DNA from: Candidatus Saccharibacteria bacterium UBA6175
Lineage (GTDB): Bacteria; Patescibacteriota; Saccharimonadia; Saccharimonadales; Saccharimonadaceae
NCBI GenBank assembly: GCA_002422915.1
Contig: DITV01000004.1
Location: 104,261-168,260 of the forward strand
Direction of reading: 5' to 3'
Length of the DNA: 64,000 bases
In this document: positions 47,785-59,799 of the stretch, piece after piece
How the letters are laid out: each line of letters starts with the position of its first letter
Numbering within the stretch: position 1 is the stretch's first letter
The notes under the pieces: generated by a model
The model's database searches: none
What the model was told of the DNA's origin: nothing
What the model saw: only the letters and a program-made list of their open reading frames with translations
Translations under genes and position numbers: made by a program

Positions 47785-48330
47785 CTACCTTGTTAGGGTT
47801 ATCTCTTTTGTTTCGCTTATGCTCGATATGGATCCATTGTCAAAGCTGACATTAACTGATAGTACGCCATCCTCCAGCGAGTCAATTGCAATATCAAAAC
47901 CGCGACACGTTGACGAGGAAGGACCGGCCTGTACCGGAGCTTCGCGACTAATTACAACCGTCTCGCCCCTTTTTACAGAAAGTGTACAAGTACCTTCATT
48001 AAAGACACCCTGAATGAGAGACCTTACCCTTAGTGCGCCGTTTACGACTGACGTAGACGTAATTGTCACTGAAGTGTCTTGTTGCTCACCTGGATTTGGC
48101 TTCTCCCCCAGGTCCTGCTTATCTGCGTCTATGGTTGGTGGTATATCTTCACCCGGGGCTGGAGTGGGCTGCGTGGGACTTGGCTGCTCAAGGGGGGGTT
48201 GATTGCCCCCCTCACCAAAGAAGCTTGTAAGTGCAAGAGACGATAAAACGACAATTGAAATCGCGACTACTGACGCAACGAGTATGAAGAGTCTTTTTTT
48301 GATTAATTTCTTTTTATTTTTAATTTTCAT
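47785..48330 (-). CDS. hypothetical membrane-anchored protein (Lys-rich N-terminus, TM, Pro-rich linker, beta domain)
   Basis: 181-aa ORF co-directional with 46086-47777. No family recognised. Confidence 0.45.
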   Translation of the reverse strand: MKIKNKKKLIKKRLFILVASVVAISIVVLSSLALTSFFGEGGNQPPLEQPSPTQPTPAPGEDIPPTIDADKQDLGEKPNPGEQQDTSVTITSTSVVNGALRVRSLIQGVFNEGTCTLSVKRGETVVISREAPVQAGPSSSTCRGFDIAIDSLEDGVLSVNVSFDNGSISSISETKEITLTR

Positions 48331-48420
48331 CTAACATAATTATAGTCTTTAGCAACACCCTGTGTCAAACTACACAGCTAGATAGGGCGCTAATGCGTCT
48401 AAAGTGTTAAAATAGTAGCA

Positions 48421-50448
48421 ATGAACAAATTCAAAAAAGATATTACAGTAATTGTACCCTGCTACAATGTCGAAAATTATCTAGAGAAGTGCCTATATTC
48501 TCTTGTGCGTCAGTCATTTAATAGTTTAGAAGTTATTATGGTTGAAGACTGTTCAACTGATGGTACGAAAAAAATTGTTCGTAGGTACGAAAAAAAGTAC
48601 GAAAACTTCCATGCCATATATAATCAAAAAAATGGTGGATTAGGTAACGCCCGCAACGTCGGTATTGCCGCAGCAAAGTCAGAGTTTATTGGATTTCTTG
48701 ATTCCGACGACTGGCTACCCGAAAACTTTTTAGAAGAGATGTATGAAACATTAGTTTCGAATGACGCTGACATTTCAATGTGTGACGTTTACTTAAGGTA
48801 TGATGACACCTCCAGGGATCGTCGTATCCTGGCATACAACGGCAAACCTGATAAACGTGGACTTATTAATACTGGCTTAGCGGCTACTTCGAGCGCAAAG
48901 CTCTTTAAAGCGAAGCTATTTAACGATTTTCAGTATCCCGTCGGAATAGTAAACGAGGATATTCCGGTCACGCTTGCGATGTTGATCAAGTATAAGGTTG
49001 CGTACACTGATAAAACGCACTTTAGCTACTATCAAAGACACGGTTCTATTCAAAATGGACAGGTGACTAAAAAAAGGCTCGATGTCTTCATTGCGCTTTC
49101 TCTTCTAAGAAAAAATGTGGGAGGAAAGATAGATAAAAAGTTGTGGGATGCAATTGTTTGGCAACAGGTTTTTGCCGTGTACCTCTATGTGTTTCCTCGT
49201 GCTAAGGGTGTTTTTGCGCGGAAGGGTTTGATAAAGGATTTTTACAATGCATGTAAAGAGCATGGAATTAAAATCAGTCCAAGAAATCCAGGTTTTATCA
49301 AATACCTAAAGGACAATAAGATCGATAATATTTATGGCCAGAGAGTCGTTAAGAGCCTGAATAATCGAAGATTTTTCATTGCAAGCGTGCTTATGGGTCT
49401 TTATGCACTTATCCAGAATCACATTAGTTTCGTGAGGTTGGCGGTATGGCTCCTTAGACAGATGAAGCATACTTTCTTTCACCCGGTCGATTCTATAAGA
49501 AGGTTATCTTCTAGACTAAAGACCTTTTCACGCCGTAAAGTTGTGATTAAAAAGGCAGTCACTATGGATAATCTTATCGATGCCGCGATTCGTCAAAGTA
49601 AGAAACATTCCGACGACCCTGTTTCAGTTATTATTCCAAACTATAACTACGAGAGGTACATGCTTCAGCGGGTCTATAGCATCCTTTATCAAAAAGAGAA
49701 GATCGGGGAGATTATTCTGCTCGACGACAATTCAACCGATGGTAGTGTCGCTCTCGCAAGACAGATTAAAAAAGCAATTGGCCGGCATGTGACGGTAAGA
49801 CTGATCAACAATAAAGTAAACAGGGGCACATTTTCGCAGTGGGAGCTGGGATTTAATATGGCAAAACATTGGTTAGTATGGATAGCCGAAGCCGACGACT
49901 ACTCAAGCAAGCTTTTTCTTTCAGCCGCGCTCAAACCTATGAAAGTAAACAACAACGTCGTTATTAGCTATGTCAACACTGGGTATATTAACGAGAAAGG
50001 TCTACTGATTGGTGATGTCAGGAATGATATTGACTACCAGAAAACGGGACACTGGAACAGTAGCTATGTAAATAACGGACTAGAGGAGGCAAGGCAGTAT
50101 TCTTATGCCAACAACACAATCGCAAACGTTTCTTCGGTAGTATTTCGTAAACGAGACGACATCAATTATGAAGAGCTTTTTGCAGATTGTAGGCAATATA
50201 GACAGGCGGGAGATTGGCTAATGTATGTAAACTACATGCTATATGGGGATGTTGCATACACAGATAGAGTTCTTAATTACTACCGTGTGCACGGTGCCAA
50301 TGTATCTTCAAATACAAAAGCTCATGATCACATTAACGAGATACTCGAAATCCACAGAAAATTGACAGAAAAACTCGCCCTAAGCCCTGCTCACAAAAGA
50401 AAAATGGCAAAGAGAATTCAGACCTTGAAGAAGGCCTGGTCAGCCTAG
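48421..50448 (+). CDS. double-domain glycosyltransferase (two GT2 modules)
   Basis: Module 1: ITVIVPCYNVENYL...MVEDCSTDGT...LDSDD. Module 2: VSVIIPNYNYERYM...LLDDNSTDGS...AEADD. Confidence 0.85.
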   Translation: MNKFKKDITVIVPCYNVENYLEKCLYSLVRQSFNSLEVIMVEDCSTDGTKKIVRRYEKKYENFHAIYNQKNGGLGNARNVGIAAAKSEFIGFLDSDDWLPENFLEEMYETLVSNDADISMCDVYLRYDDTSRDRRILAYNGKPDKRGLINTGLAATSSAKLFKAKLFNDFQYPVGIVNEDIPVTLAMLIKYKVAYTDKTHFSYYQRHGSIQNGQVTKKRLDVFIALSLLRKNVGGKIDKKLWDAIVWQQVFAVYLYVFPRAKGVFARKGLIKDFYNACKEHGIKISPRNPGFIKYLKDNKIDNIYGQRVVKSLNNRRFFIASVLMGLYALIQNHISFVRLAVWLLRQMKHTFFHPVDSIRRLSSRLKTFSRRKVVIKKAVTMDNLIDAAIRQSKKHSDDPVSVIIPNYNYERYMLQRVYSILYQKEKIGEIILLDDNSTDGSVALARQIKKAIGRHVTVRLINNKVNRGTFSQWELGFNMAKHWLVWIAEADDYSSKLFLSAALKPMKVNNNVVISYVNTGYINEKGLLIGDVRNDIDYQKTGHWNSSYVNNGLEEARQYSYANNTIANVSSVVFRKRDDINYEELFADCRQYRQAGDWLMYVNYMLYGDVAYTDRVLNYYRVHGANVSSNTKAHDHINEILEIHRKLTEKLALSPAHKRKMAKRIQTLKKAWSA

Positions 50449-50454
50449 CTTGCG

Positions 50455-50491
50455 CCAAAAAGAAAGAGGCCGGGATGTTGCCATCCCGGCC
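50455..50491 (-). terminator. intrinsic terminator of the rfbB-rfbCD-rfbA operon
   Basis: Perfect 10-bp stem GGCCGGGATG/CATCCCGGCC (50468-50491) with a 4-nt loop. On the minus strand it is followed by TCTTTCTTTTT. Confidence 0.75.
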
Positions 50492-50511
50492 GGTGCAGAA
50501 GCACCCCCTTT

Positions 50512-51363
50512 CTACTTGACGAGGCGTTCGCCGTAGCCAGACTTCTTGAGCGGCCCGGCGAGCACCTTGAGCTGCTCGTGAGTGATGAAGCCCTGCTCAA
50601 AGGCCGTCAGCTCGGGGCTACCGAGCATCCGACCCTGGCGGTGCTGCATCACTCGGACGTACTCGGATGCGTCGGTCATCGAGTCGATCGTGCCAGTATC
50701 GAGCCAGACATCGCCGCGACCAAGAGTGGTGACCTTCAGCTTGCCGCGCTTCAGGTACTCCTCGTTGATGCTGGTGATTTCGAGCTCGCCACGTTCGCTC
50801 GGCTGAACGTTCTTGGCTATCTCGACCACGTCGTTGTCGTAGAAGTACAACCCAACCACGGCGTAGTTGGATTTGGGGTGCGTGGGCTTCTCTTCGATCG
50901 AGAGAGCGTTCATGTTGTCATCGAACTCCACCACGCCGTAGCGTTCGGGGTCGCTGACCTCATATGCGAACACAATACCACCCGCGGGATCGGTGCACTC
51001 CTGCAGCGAGTCGTCGAGCGACTCGCCGTGGAAGATGTTGTCACCTAGTACCAGCGCGACCTTGTCGTCACCGATGAACTTCTCACCGATGATGAAAGCT
51101 TGCGCCAGCCCGTCCGGAGACGGCTGCACCTCGTATGACAGGTGGATACCCCAGTCGGACCCATCACCGAGCAGTCGCTCGAATGAATCGCGGTCCTGTG
51201 GCGTAGTGATGATCAGGATCTCCTTGATCCCCGCCGACATCAGCGTGGAAAGAGGGTAGTAGACCATCGGCTTGTCGTAGATGGGCATCAGCTGCTTGCT
51301 GATTCCCTTCGTGATTGGATGGAGCCGTGTGCCGGAACCTCCGGCAAGTATGATACCTTTCAT
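50512..51363 (-). CDS. rfbA: glucose-1-phosphate thymidylyltransferase
   Basis: [19 protein letters not shown]-terminus, YDKPM.YYPLS, and LGDNIF. Confidence 0.93.
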   Translation of the reverse strand: MKGIILAGGSGTRLHPITKGISKQLMPIYDKPMVYYPLSTLMSAGIKEILIITTPQDRDSFERLLGDGSDWGIHLSYEVQPSPDGLAQAFIIGEKFIGDDKVALVLGDNIFHGESLDDSLQECTDPAGGIVFAYEVSDPERYGVVEFDDNMNALSIEEKPTHPKSNYAVVGLYFYDNDVVEIAKNVQPSERGELEITSINEEYLKRGKLKVTTLGRGDVWLDTGTIDSMTDASEYVRVMQHRQGRMLGSPELTAFEQGFITHEQLKVLAGPLKKSGYGERLVK

Positions 51364-51387
51364 GGAGTTTCCTTTCGGGGGTTTGTG

Positions 51388-52808
51388 TTAGCGTAGGTAC
51401 TCTTCGAGCGCTTCGTCCCAAGGACGAGGCGTAAAGCCTGCGTTCTGTATTTTAGCAATATTTAGCGTGCTCTGTAAAGGTCGGGGAGAGACGAGCACCC
51501 CTTGTGTACTTTTTGCATCAATGAAATCCAGTGTTGATTGCGATCCAATTCGCTCTGGGTCGTGGCCGGTTAGCTCAAAGACTTTTTCGGCAAACTGCTT
51601 CCAGGTAATAGGCTCTCCGTCGTTTGACAGGTTATATGTTCCATAAGGAGCATTTGTTTCAAGTAGGTGTTTAATTCCCTTGGCGATATCTTCAGTGAAT
51701 GTTGGCCTTCCGAGCTGATCATTAACAACCGCTGGATCAACGCCTTTCTCTGCCAATGATGCCATGGTTCGGACGAAGTTGTTTCCGTCACCCACGACCC
51801 ACGAGGTTCGCACGGTGTAGTGTCGGGGTACGGTTGCTGCGGCGATGTCGCCTGCAGCCTTAGACTGTCCATACACACCCAGGGGCGAAAAGGGCTCGTC
51901 TTCGTCATGCTCTTTTTTGGTACCGTCGAATACGTAGTCGCTTGAAACGTTCACGAGAGTAAGGTTGTTTTCAATTGCAACTCGCGCCAAGTGTTGGACG
52001 GCGGTTGCGTTTGCCGCCCATGCCTCGGCACGACCTTCTGGAGTTTCGGCCAGGTCAACCTTTGTGTAGGCAGCAGCGTTAATGATTGCGCTATATTGTC
52101 GCCAGTTTCGACCCCCCCAACTCGACGGGTTGGCTATGTCGAAGGTTGAGCGGTCGACGAACTCGGCATCTGGGAATTCGATTTGGAGTGCTTTACCAAG
52201 CTGGCCGTTCGCTCCGGTGACAAGAATCTTTCGTGGCTTGACCGGCTCAATATCGGTGATAGCCGGGTGAACCTTGTCTTTATCTGACAATTCAGCGTCC
52301 TCAAGCGGAATAGGCCAGTCTATACCTGTTGTTTGATCGGCAAGATTCAAGAATGCGTAATCTGTATTCTCGGCAGACCAATGGTCATTAACCAAATAAG
52401 AATAGAGCGTGTTATCCTCAAGCACCTGGAAGGCATTTCCAACACCTCGAGGCACAAAGATCGCTTTTGAGGGATCCATTTCGAGCGTAAACACTTTTCC
52501 AAATGTGTCGCCCTCACGAAGATCTACCCATGCACCAAAGATTCTCCCTGTACCTACCGCAACGTATTTGTCCCATGGCTCGGCATGAATCCCAGGGGTA
52601 ACACCGGCTTTTTCATTGAATGACATATTGTTTTGCCGAGGACCGAAATCGGGCAAGCCAGCTGCAACCATCTTCTCTCGTTGCCAGTTTTCTTTAAACC
52701 AACCCCTGTTGTCACCGTGAACGGGGAGGTCTAGCCATACAAGGCCTGGGATATCCGTAGTGCGCAACTCAAGCGATTTGTTAAATTCTGGTCCGTTTCG
52801 TTCGGCCA

Positions 52809-52809
<1 letters not shown>
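51388..52809 (-). CDS. fused dTDP-4-dehydrorhamnose 3,5-epimerase / dTDP-4-dehydrorhamnose reductase
   Basis: N-terminal cupin (HGDNRGWFKENW, GIHAEPWDKYV, VPRGVGNAF). C-terminal Rossmann domain (ILVTGANGQLG, SSDYVFDG, YGQSK). Confidence 0.88.
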
Positions 52810-54265
<1,456 letters not shown>

Positions 54266-56086
54266 ATGTGCGGCATCGTCGGATATGTAGGCAATAAACA
54301 GGCGCAACAATTTTTATCAGCCGGGCTTCGCCGCCTCGAGTATCGTGGCTACGACTCGGCGGGAGTAGTCACCCTTTCGAAAGATGGCAACGCAACGCTC
54401 CTTCGGGCGAAAGGTAAGGTTGCGGAGTTGGACGCGTTGATTGCAGCATCCGAAACGAAGGATTCCGTGGGTATTGGCCATACTCGCTGGGCCACACACG
54501 GAATGCCGTCGGTTGAGAACGCGCACCCGCACAAGGCCGGCGACATCTATCTGGTCCACAACGGGATTATCGAGAACTACAAAGAACTGAAACAAGAACT
54601 TTCAAGCCACACGTTTGTGAGTGAGACCGACACCGAGGTGCTAGCCGCACTTATTAACTCGTTTTACGATGACAAGACCGAGCTCGTCGACGCGGTCGCT
54701 CAGTCGCTCAAGCTGGTAAAGGGAACCTACGGGATTGCCGTCGTTTCATTGCGTGATCCATCACAGGTGGTCGTAGCTCGAGCTGGGAGCCCGTTAATTA
54801 TTGGGGTTGGTGAAGATGAAACGCTCATTGCCAGTGACGCTTCGGCCCTTATTGGCCACACTTCCCAGGCGATCTACTTGAATGATGGTGAGCTAGCGGT
54901 GTGTCGCGCTGATGGCGTCGAGCTGCTTAACCTCGCCGCTCAGCCAGTGTCGGCAAAAGTTGAAACGATTGAAGTCGACATGCAGGCGATTCAGAAGCAG
55001 GGCTATGACCACTTCTTAATGAAAGAGATTAGCGAGCAACCTACGACGCTCGAATCGACTCTGCGTGGCCGTTTGGTGCTCGATGAGCAGCGAGTACAGC
55101 TTGGTGGCCTCAACATGACTCAGGAAGAGCTGCGTGCAATCGAGCACGTGACGATTATCGGCTGTGGCACCGCGTATTATGCCGGCCTTTTGGCATCCTA
55201 CTATCTTGAGAAGCTGGTTGATGGCTTGACGGTGGATGTAGCGGTTGCCTCTGAGCTAAGATACCGATCGTTTAACCTACCAAAGAACACCGTAGCGCTG
55301 GTGGTGTCTCAATCTGGTGAAACGGCTGACACGTTGGCCTGTTTGCGTGAGATTAAGCAACGCGGCGTGAAAACTTTGGGAATTATAAATGCGGTTGGTT
55401 CGACGATTGCGCGTGAAGTCGACGGTGGCATTTATGTGCACGCCGGCCCTGAGATTTCAGTGGCTAGTACAAAGGCGTTTACCTCTCAGGCCTCTGCCAT
55501 GATCATGTTTGGACTACAGGTCGCTCAGGCCAAGGGTGCTGATCGGGAGATGACCGCACAGTTTGTGAAAGAACTGAGCCTACTCCCCGGCGAAATTAAG
55601 AAGGTGATTGAGACTAAGGCTGAAGAGATAAAAGTACTTTCTGAGCGCTATGCTCACTTCGAGCACGCGCTCTTCTTTGGCCGCGACACACTGTTCCCTG
55701 TTGCGCTTGAAGGTGCCCTGAAGCTGAAAGAAATTTCATACATCCAGGCCGAAGGCTATGCGGCGGGTGAGCTGAAGCACGGTCCAATTGCACTGGTAGA
55801 TGATCGCTTCTTTGAAGTTGCTTTACTTGCTGACAACTGGCTGCTCGATAAGAGCTTGAGTGCAGTAGCAGAAGTTAATGCTCGTGGCGGTCATGTGATT
55901 GCGATTACGAACAGCTCAGCACAGATCGATGCTGAGGCGGTGATTAAAGTTGATACTGACCTCGACGTACTCGCACCAATTGTGTTGAATGTGGTTCAGC
56001 AACTGTTTGCTTATTATGTTGCCGTATCGAAGGGCAATGACGTCGACCAGCCGCGGAATCTCGCGAAAAGTGTGACGGTAGAATAG
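54266..56086 (+). CDS. glmS: glutamine--fructose-6-phosphate aminotransferase
   Basis: MCGIVGY N-terminal nucleophile, two SIS domains, and the C-terminal NLAKSVTVE. Confidence 0.96.
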   Translation: MCGIVGYVGNKQAQQFLSAGLRRLEYRGYDSAGVVTLSKDGNATLLRAKGKVAELDALIAASETKDSVGIGHTRWATHGMPSVENAHPHKAGDIYLVHNGIIENYKELKQELSSHTFVSETDTEVLAALINSFYDDKTELVDAVAQSLKLVKGTYGIAVVSLRDPSQVVVARAGSPLIIGVGEDETLIASDASALIGHTSQAIYLNDGELAVCRADGVELLNLAAQPVSAKVETIEVDMQAIQKQGYDHFLMKEISEQPTTLESTLRGRLVLDEQRVQLGGLNMTQEELRAIEHVTIIGCGTAYYAGLLASYYLEKLVDGLTVDVAVASELRYRSFNLPKNTVALVVSQSGETADTLACLREIKQRGVKTLGIINAVGSTIAREVDGGIYVHAGPEISVASTKAFTSQASAMIMFGLQVAQAKGADREMTAQFVKELSLLPGEIKKVIETKAEEIKVLSERYAHFEHALFFGRDTLFPVALEGALKLKEISYIQAEGYAAGELKHGPIALVDDRFFEVALLADNWLLDKSLSAVAEVNARGGHVIAITNSSAQIDAEAVIKVDTDLDVLAPIVLNVVQQLFAYYVAVSKGNDVDQPRNLAKSVTVE

Positions 56087-56096
56087 CCCTAAAATG

Positions 56097-56118
56097 AAAG
56101 ACCCCCGATGGGGCCTTT
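56097..56118. terminator. bidirectional hairpin between glmS and 56137-56502
   Basis: AAAGACCCC/GGGGCCTTT stem (one mismatch) with loop CGAT, flanked by A/T runs. Confidence 0.45.
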
Positions 56119-56136
56119 CGACTCTCCTTTCGGGGG

Positions 56137-56502
56137 TTAGGTTCTTGCTTTTGCAATTTTCTCGGTCCAGTGCAGGAGCGATTCTTCGAGTATGAATCGT
56201 TCGACCAGATGCGTTGCCCAGGCAAGGTAGATGAGTGCCGTGAGGCGAGTGCACAGCCGGAGCCAAGCGAGCTGATCAGGGGTGAATCCGATGAGTTCGA
56301 CAGTTCCTGTCAGAAACACCACCACGGCGATGTTGATCAGGACCATGGCGTACACGACACTACGAAACTCCTCGAACCGCTCGTGGGGTACGATACTTTC
56401 CTTAAGCGTGCGCATGGGATGCCGACGACTCGTCCACAGGAACGACATCACCACACCCATGAGCACACTGTTTATCACAGAGAGTTCCAATAGAGACCAC
56501 AT
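56137..56502 (-). CDS. hypothetical membrane protein
   Basis: 121-aa ORF with 3 hydrophobic segments. No family recognised. Confidence 0.4.
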   Translation of the reverse strand: MWSLLELSVINSVLMGVVMSFLWTSRRHPMRTLKESIVPHERFEEFRSVVYAMVLINIAVVVFLTGTVELIGFTPDQLAWLRLCTRLTALIYLAWATHLVERFILEESLLHWTEKIAKART

Positions 56503-56575
56503 TTCGCTAGGTGCTCACACTTCGAGCAACGAACTTACAAAGAGCAATACTAATGAAAACTATATCATAAAAAAT

Positions 56576-57706
56576 CTATTTAGCAATAGAGTCTTCAACG
56601 ATCTTCTGCATCTTTGTCCTGAATAATCCCGCATCGAATCGTTTCGCTTTTCGGTGCATGGTTGCCGGAAGGAAGTTCATCGTCTCGAATCGTGTGATGG
56701 CTGCCGCCATACTTTCGACGCTTTGTTCTTCGAAGAACACCCCATTTTCGCCGTCTTGGACAATATCTAACGCCCCACCCTTTTTATAGGCAATCACTGG
56801 CATGCCGGCCGCGAGGGCTTCAACTGCGGCGATGCCGAAATCCTCTTCACCTGGGAACAAGAATCCTTTGGCGTGGTGAGCCAGGCGCACCAATTCATCG
56901 TCGCTGACCCGCCCGGTAAAGGTGACGGTAGGGCCGGCCAGTGACTTCAGTCGTTCCGTATCGAGGCCAGAGCCAACGACGGTTAACGGGACTTTCATTT
57001 TGTTGGCGGCTTCAATCGCCAGGTCGAATCGTTTATAGGGGACGTGTCGGCCCCAAATGATGTAGCCGCTTCGCTCCGTTTTTGGTGGCGGGGTAAATCG
57101 CGAAACGTTGACCGGAGGTTGAACGACGGTGCTCGGTTTTTTGTAATAAGTCTTAATCCGTTCTTGGGTGACACTGGAGTTGGCGATACAGACGTCGATG
57201 CCTTGGACGGATTCGAGGTCGAGTTTGCGCATCTGTTTCACGAAGAAGGGGATAACCGGTCGAATAATTGGGGTGAGGAGGCCGAAGCTGAACTCATTTT
57301 TAAACTCTTCGTAATGGCTCCAGTAGTAGCGAATCGGGGTGTGGATGTAGGCGATATGGACTTGGCCAGGCTTGGTTTTGCGAACTGCCTTTGCTTCGGC
57401 GCTCGAGCTGCTGATAATAATATCGAACTCTGAGAGGTCGAGAGCACGGAAGGCCTTGGCACGTAGCGTTGGCCAGAGCACGTGCTTATAGCGCAGGAAG
57501 CCCGGAAGGCGACGTTGCAGGTAGGTGGTGCGTATATCGGCGTCTTTCAGCGCGGGAACGGCCTGGGCGTTATAGACCGACGTGTAGATAGGAGCCTTCG
57601 GGAATAGCTTGTGCAGTTCTTCAACGACCACTTCGGCACCACCGGCAACGGTCAGCCAGTCGTGGACGATGGCAATCTTTGGGAAGGGTTTTTGGGAGTT
57701 CGGCAT
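56576..57706 (-). CDS. glycosyltransferase family 4
   Basis: KIAIVHDWLTVAGGAE N-terminus and C-terminal EEDFGIAAVEALAAGMPVIA. ATG at 57706 is preferred; the alternative ATG at 57772 adds 22 aa. Confidence 0.85.
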   Translation of the reverse strand: MPNSQKPFPKIAIVHDWLTVAGGAEVVVEELHKLFPKAPIYTSVYNAQAVPALKDADIRTTYLQRRLPGFLRYKHVLWPTLRAKAFRALDLSEFDIIISSSSAEAKAVRKTKPGQVHIAYIHTPIRYYWSHYEEFKNEFSFGLLTPIIRPVIPFFVKQMRKLDLESVQGIDVCIANSSVTQERIKTYYKKPSTVVQPPVNVSRFTPPPKTERSGYIIWGRHVPYKRFDLAIEAANKMKVPLTVVGSGLDTERLKSLAGPTVTFTGRVSDDELVRLAHHAKGFLFPGEEDFGIAAVEALAAGMPVIAYKKGGALDIVQDGENGVFFEEQSVESMAAAITRFETMNFLPATMHRKAKRFDAGLFRTKMQKIVEDSIAK

Positions 57707-57854
57707 TGGGTCTATTATAGCGCGAGGCGACAGATCCTGGACAAAAGAAAAATGGCGTTGATCAGACGCCATTTATGTACTTCTTACAAAGTACTCCTCC
57801 GACTGTCCCTACGAACCGCCTGGTCTCTTTGTGTTCCTATAATACCATTGAGCA

Positions 57855-58250
57855 CTACTTGATATCAATGATTTTTCCATTTTTCGTCATAAGTTTAAGA
57901 TTTTGTAAAGATTTGTGCTGCATGACATCGGCTTTGAGCCATCTTTCAATGTCCTTATCTTTTATCTTGGTTCGTGATGTGTCGATAATGATCGATTTTG
58001 ACTGCTTTGATGCCTTTTTGATTTGTCGTGAAATAGTGTGCCTAGTATTCCCAACAGGGCCTTTGATTTCCCACGGCACACCATCGACGTATATATCAGC
58101 GGTTTTCTGTTTATAACCATCTCGGGGAACAATGAACACGATGTTCTTTCCGGACCTTTGTAGTTGCGCTGCAACCTTTACTTCATGAGGTTCTGGCTGA
58201 GCGCCAGCAGGAATAATTAACGAGCCGATCCTTCGTTTCCTTTTGTACAT
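57855..58250 (-). CDS. orphan PD-(D/E)xK-type nuclease-like protein (resembles stand-alone toxin/CdiA-CT-like nuclease domains)
   Basis: 131 aa. Putative catalytic arrangement E..(A)AQL....D(IYVDG).WEIK then QIKKAS.QS..IIID. GC of 37-38% sits in a 58% GC neighbourhood. Confidence 0.4.
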   Translation of the reverse strand: MYKRKRRIGSLIIPAGAQPEPHEVKVAAQLQRSGKNIVFIVPRDGYKQKTADIYVDGVPWEIKGPVGNTRHTISRQIKKASKQSKSIIIDTSRTKIKDKDIERWLKADVMQHKSLQNLKLMTKNGKIIDIK

Positions 58251-58293
58251 ACACGCAACTGTACATACAAAAAGTTAATTCTAAATTAAATCC

Positions 58294-59745
58294 TTACTTT
58301 GCACCACGCCCGCGAATCACTACCAGGACCGTCTTGAACAAGATCTTAATATCGAGCAGGAAAGACCAGTTTTGAGCATAGAATAATTCAAGCTCGATAC
58401 GCTCCTCGAAGCTTAGTTCGCTACGACCAGAGACTTGCCATAGTCCGGTCACACCAGATTTCACACTGTGGAGTAGGGCCGCCTTGCCCTTGGTGTACTT
58501 TACTTCCTGTGGAAGGATCGGGCGTGGCCCAACTAGGCTCAGGTCGCCGCGTAGGACGTTGAAGATTTGCGGCAACTCGTCGAGTGAGGTCCGGCGCAGG
58601 AAGCGACCAAATGGCGGGATGCGTGGGTCGTTTTCTGGTGCCTTGTTAGTACGCTCGTATTCAAGTGCGAGGTCTTCCCTACCCATGGCGCGGTATTCAG
58701 CGGCATCGTCGACGTTGCTTGAGTCGAAGCCGGGCAGGTGGGTCATGGTGCGGAATTTGAGCAGTTTGACTGGTTCAGAGAAGCGTGACAACCGTTGATT
58801 CACGTAGAAGACCGTGCCGGGGTTAAGAAGTTTTTGAAGAATGGCGAGGACAATAAAGAGAGGAGAAAGGAGGATGACGGCAATGAGGCTGACGATGAAG
58901 TCAAAGACCCGCTTGAGAATAGAGCCCCATCCAACCAAAGGGGTTTGGTAGACGGTAATCATGGGGTAGCCAAGGAACACGTCGACCGTGTTCTTGCCCG
59001 AGTAGAACTCAGACTCAGCCGGAATGAAGCTGTAATCGATGTGGCGGGTCTGTGCTGCTGCCAGGATTTTCTGGTTGCGCTCGCCGTCTTCGTACAGGTC
59101 AGTCTGAATAATAGCCGTGATATTGTTAACATCCAGATGCTTGAGCGCCTCTTCAGGTCGTGAGTAGCGGTGGGCGTGCACACCATCGGGCATCATCTGC
59201 TTTGGCCCAGCAATGGCGACGACTTCGTAGCCGCTCTTTCGGGTATCTGCCAGGCTGCTTGCAAGATCTTTGGCGATGCTTGACGATCCGATAATCAGTA
59301 CACGGCGAGTCCCTTTGCCATACTTGAACATGGCAGTCCGAATGGCACGCATGACTTCCCTTTCAAGGACGATCAGTAAGAACGAGCCAACCAGGGCATA
59401 GACGGCAACCAGACGGGCAGGGAAGAGCGTTCGATCGAGGGCATACTCCCAGCCAATAATAAATAGAATACCAATAAAGACACCCACCGCGATCTTTCCC
59501 CACTCGACGAGACGACGAGTATAGGTGCGGGGGCTGTACAGGCCAAGGAGGGCAAAAATGAGAATCCAGAAGGGAACAATCACCAGGAAAGAAAGGAGGT
59601 AGTCGAAGGCGTAGACTTCTTGCAGAAGTGGCCGTTGGTCGAACTGAACACGGGCGACGTAGGCAATGCTAAAAGCGCTAATGAGTACCAGTGCGTCGAT
59701 GAGGATAAGGATGAGGCTGTAAACTTTACTGTTGTGTCGTCGCAT
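58294..59745 (-). CDS. polyprenyl-phosphate glycosyl-1-phosphate transferase (WbaP/exopolysaccharide priming enzyme)
   Basis: N-terminal TM bundle, central Rossmann-like region, C-terminal sugar-transferase domain KRVFDFIVSL...DELPQIFNVLRGDLSLVGPRP. ATG at 59745 is preferred to 59886. Confidence 0.88.
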   Translation of the reverse strand: MRRHNSKVYSLILILIDALVLISAFSIAYVARVQFDQRPLLQEVYAFDYLLSFLVIVPFWILIFALLGLYSPRTYTRRLVEWGKIAVGVFIGILFIIGWEYALDRTLFPARLVAVYALVGSFLLIVLEREVMRAIRTAMFKYGKGTRRVLIIGSSSIAKDLASSLADTRKSGYEVVAIAGPKQMMPDGVHAHRYSRPEEALKHLDVNNITAIIQTDLYEDGERNQKILAAAQTRHIDYSFIPAESEFYSGKNTVDVFLGYPMITVYQTPLVGWGSILKRVFDFIVSLIAVILLSPLFIVLAILQKLLNPGTVFYVNQRLSRFSEPVKLLKFRTMTHLPGFDSSNVDDAAEYRAMGREDLALEYERTNKAPENDPRIPPFGRFLRRTSLDELPQIFNVLRGDLSLVGPRPILPQEVKYTKGKAALLHSVKSGVTGLWQVSGRSELSFEERIELELFYAQNWSFLLDIKILFKTVLVVIRGRGAK

Positions 59746-59799
59746 ATGTGTGGCTATTATACCACCCTTGTGGGGCGGTTTGCGGTACACTAGGAAGAG

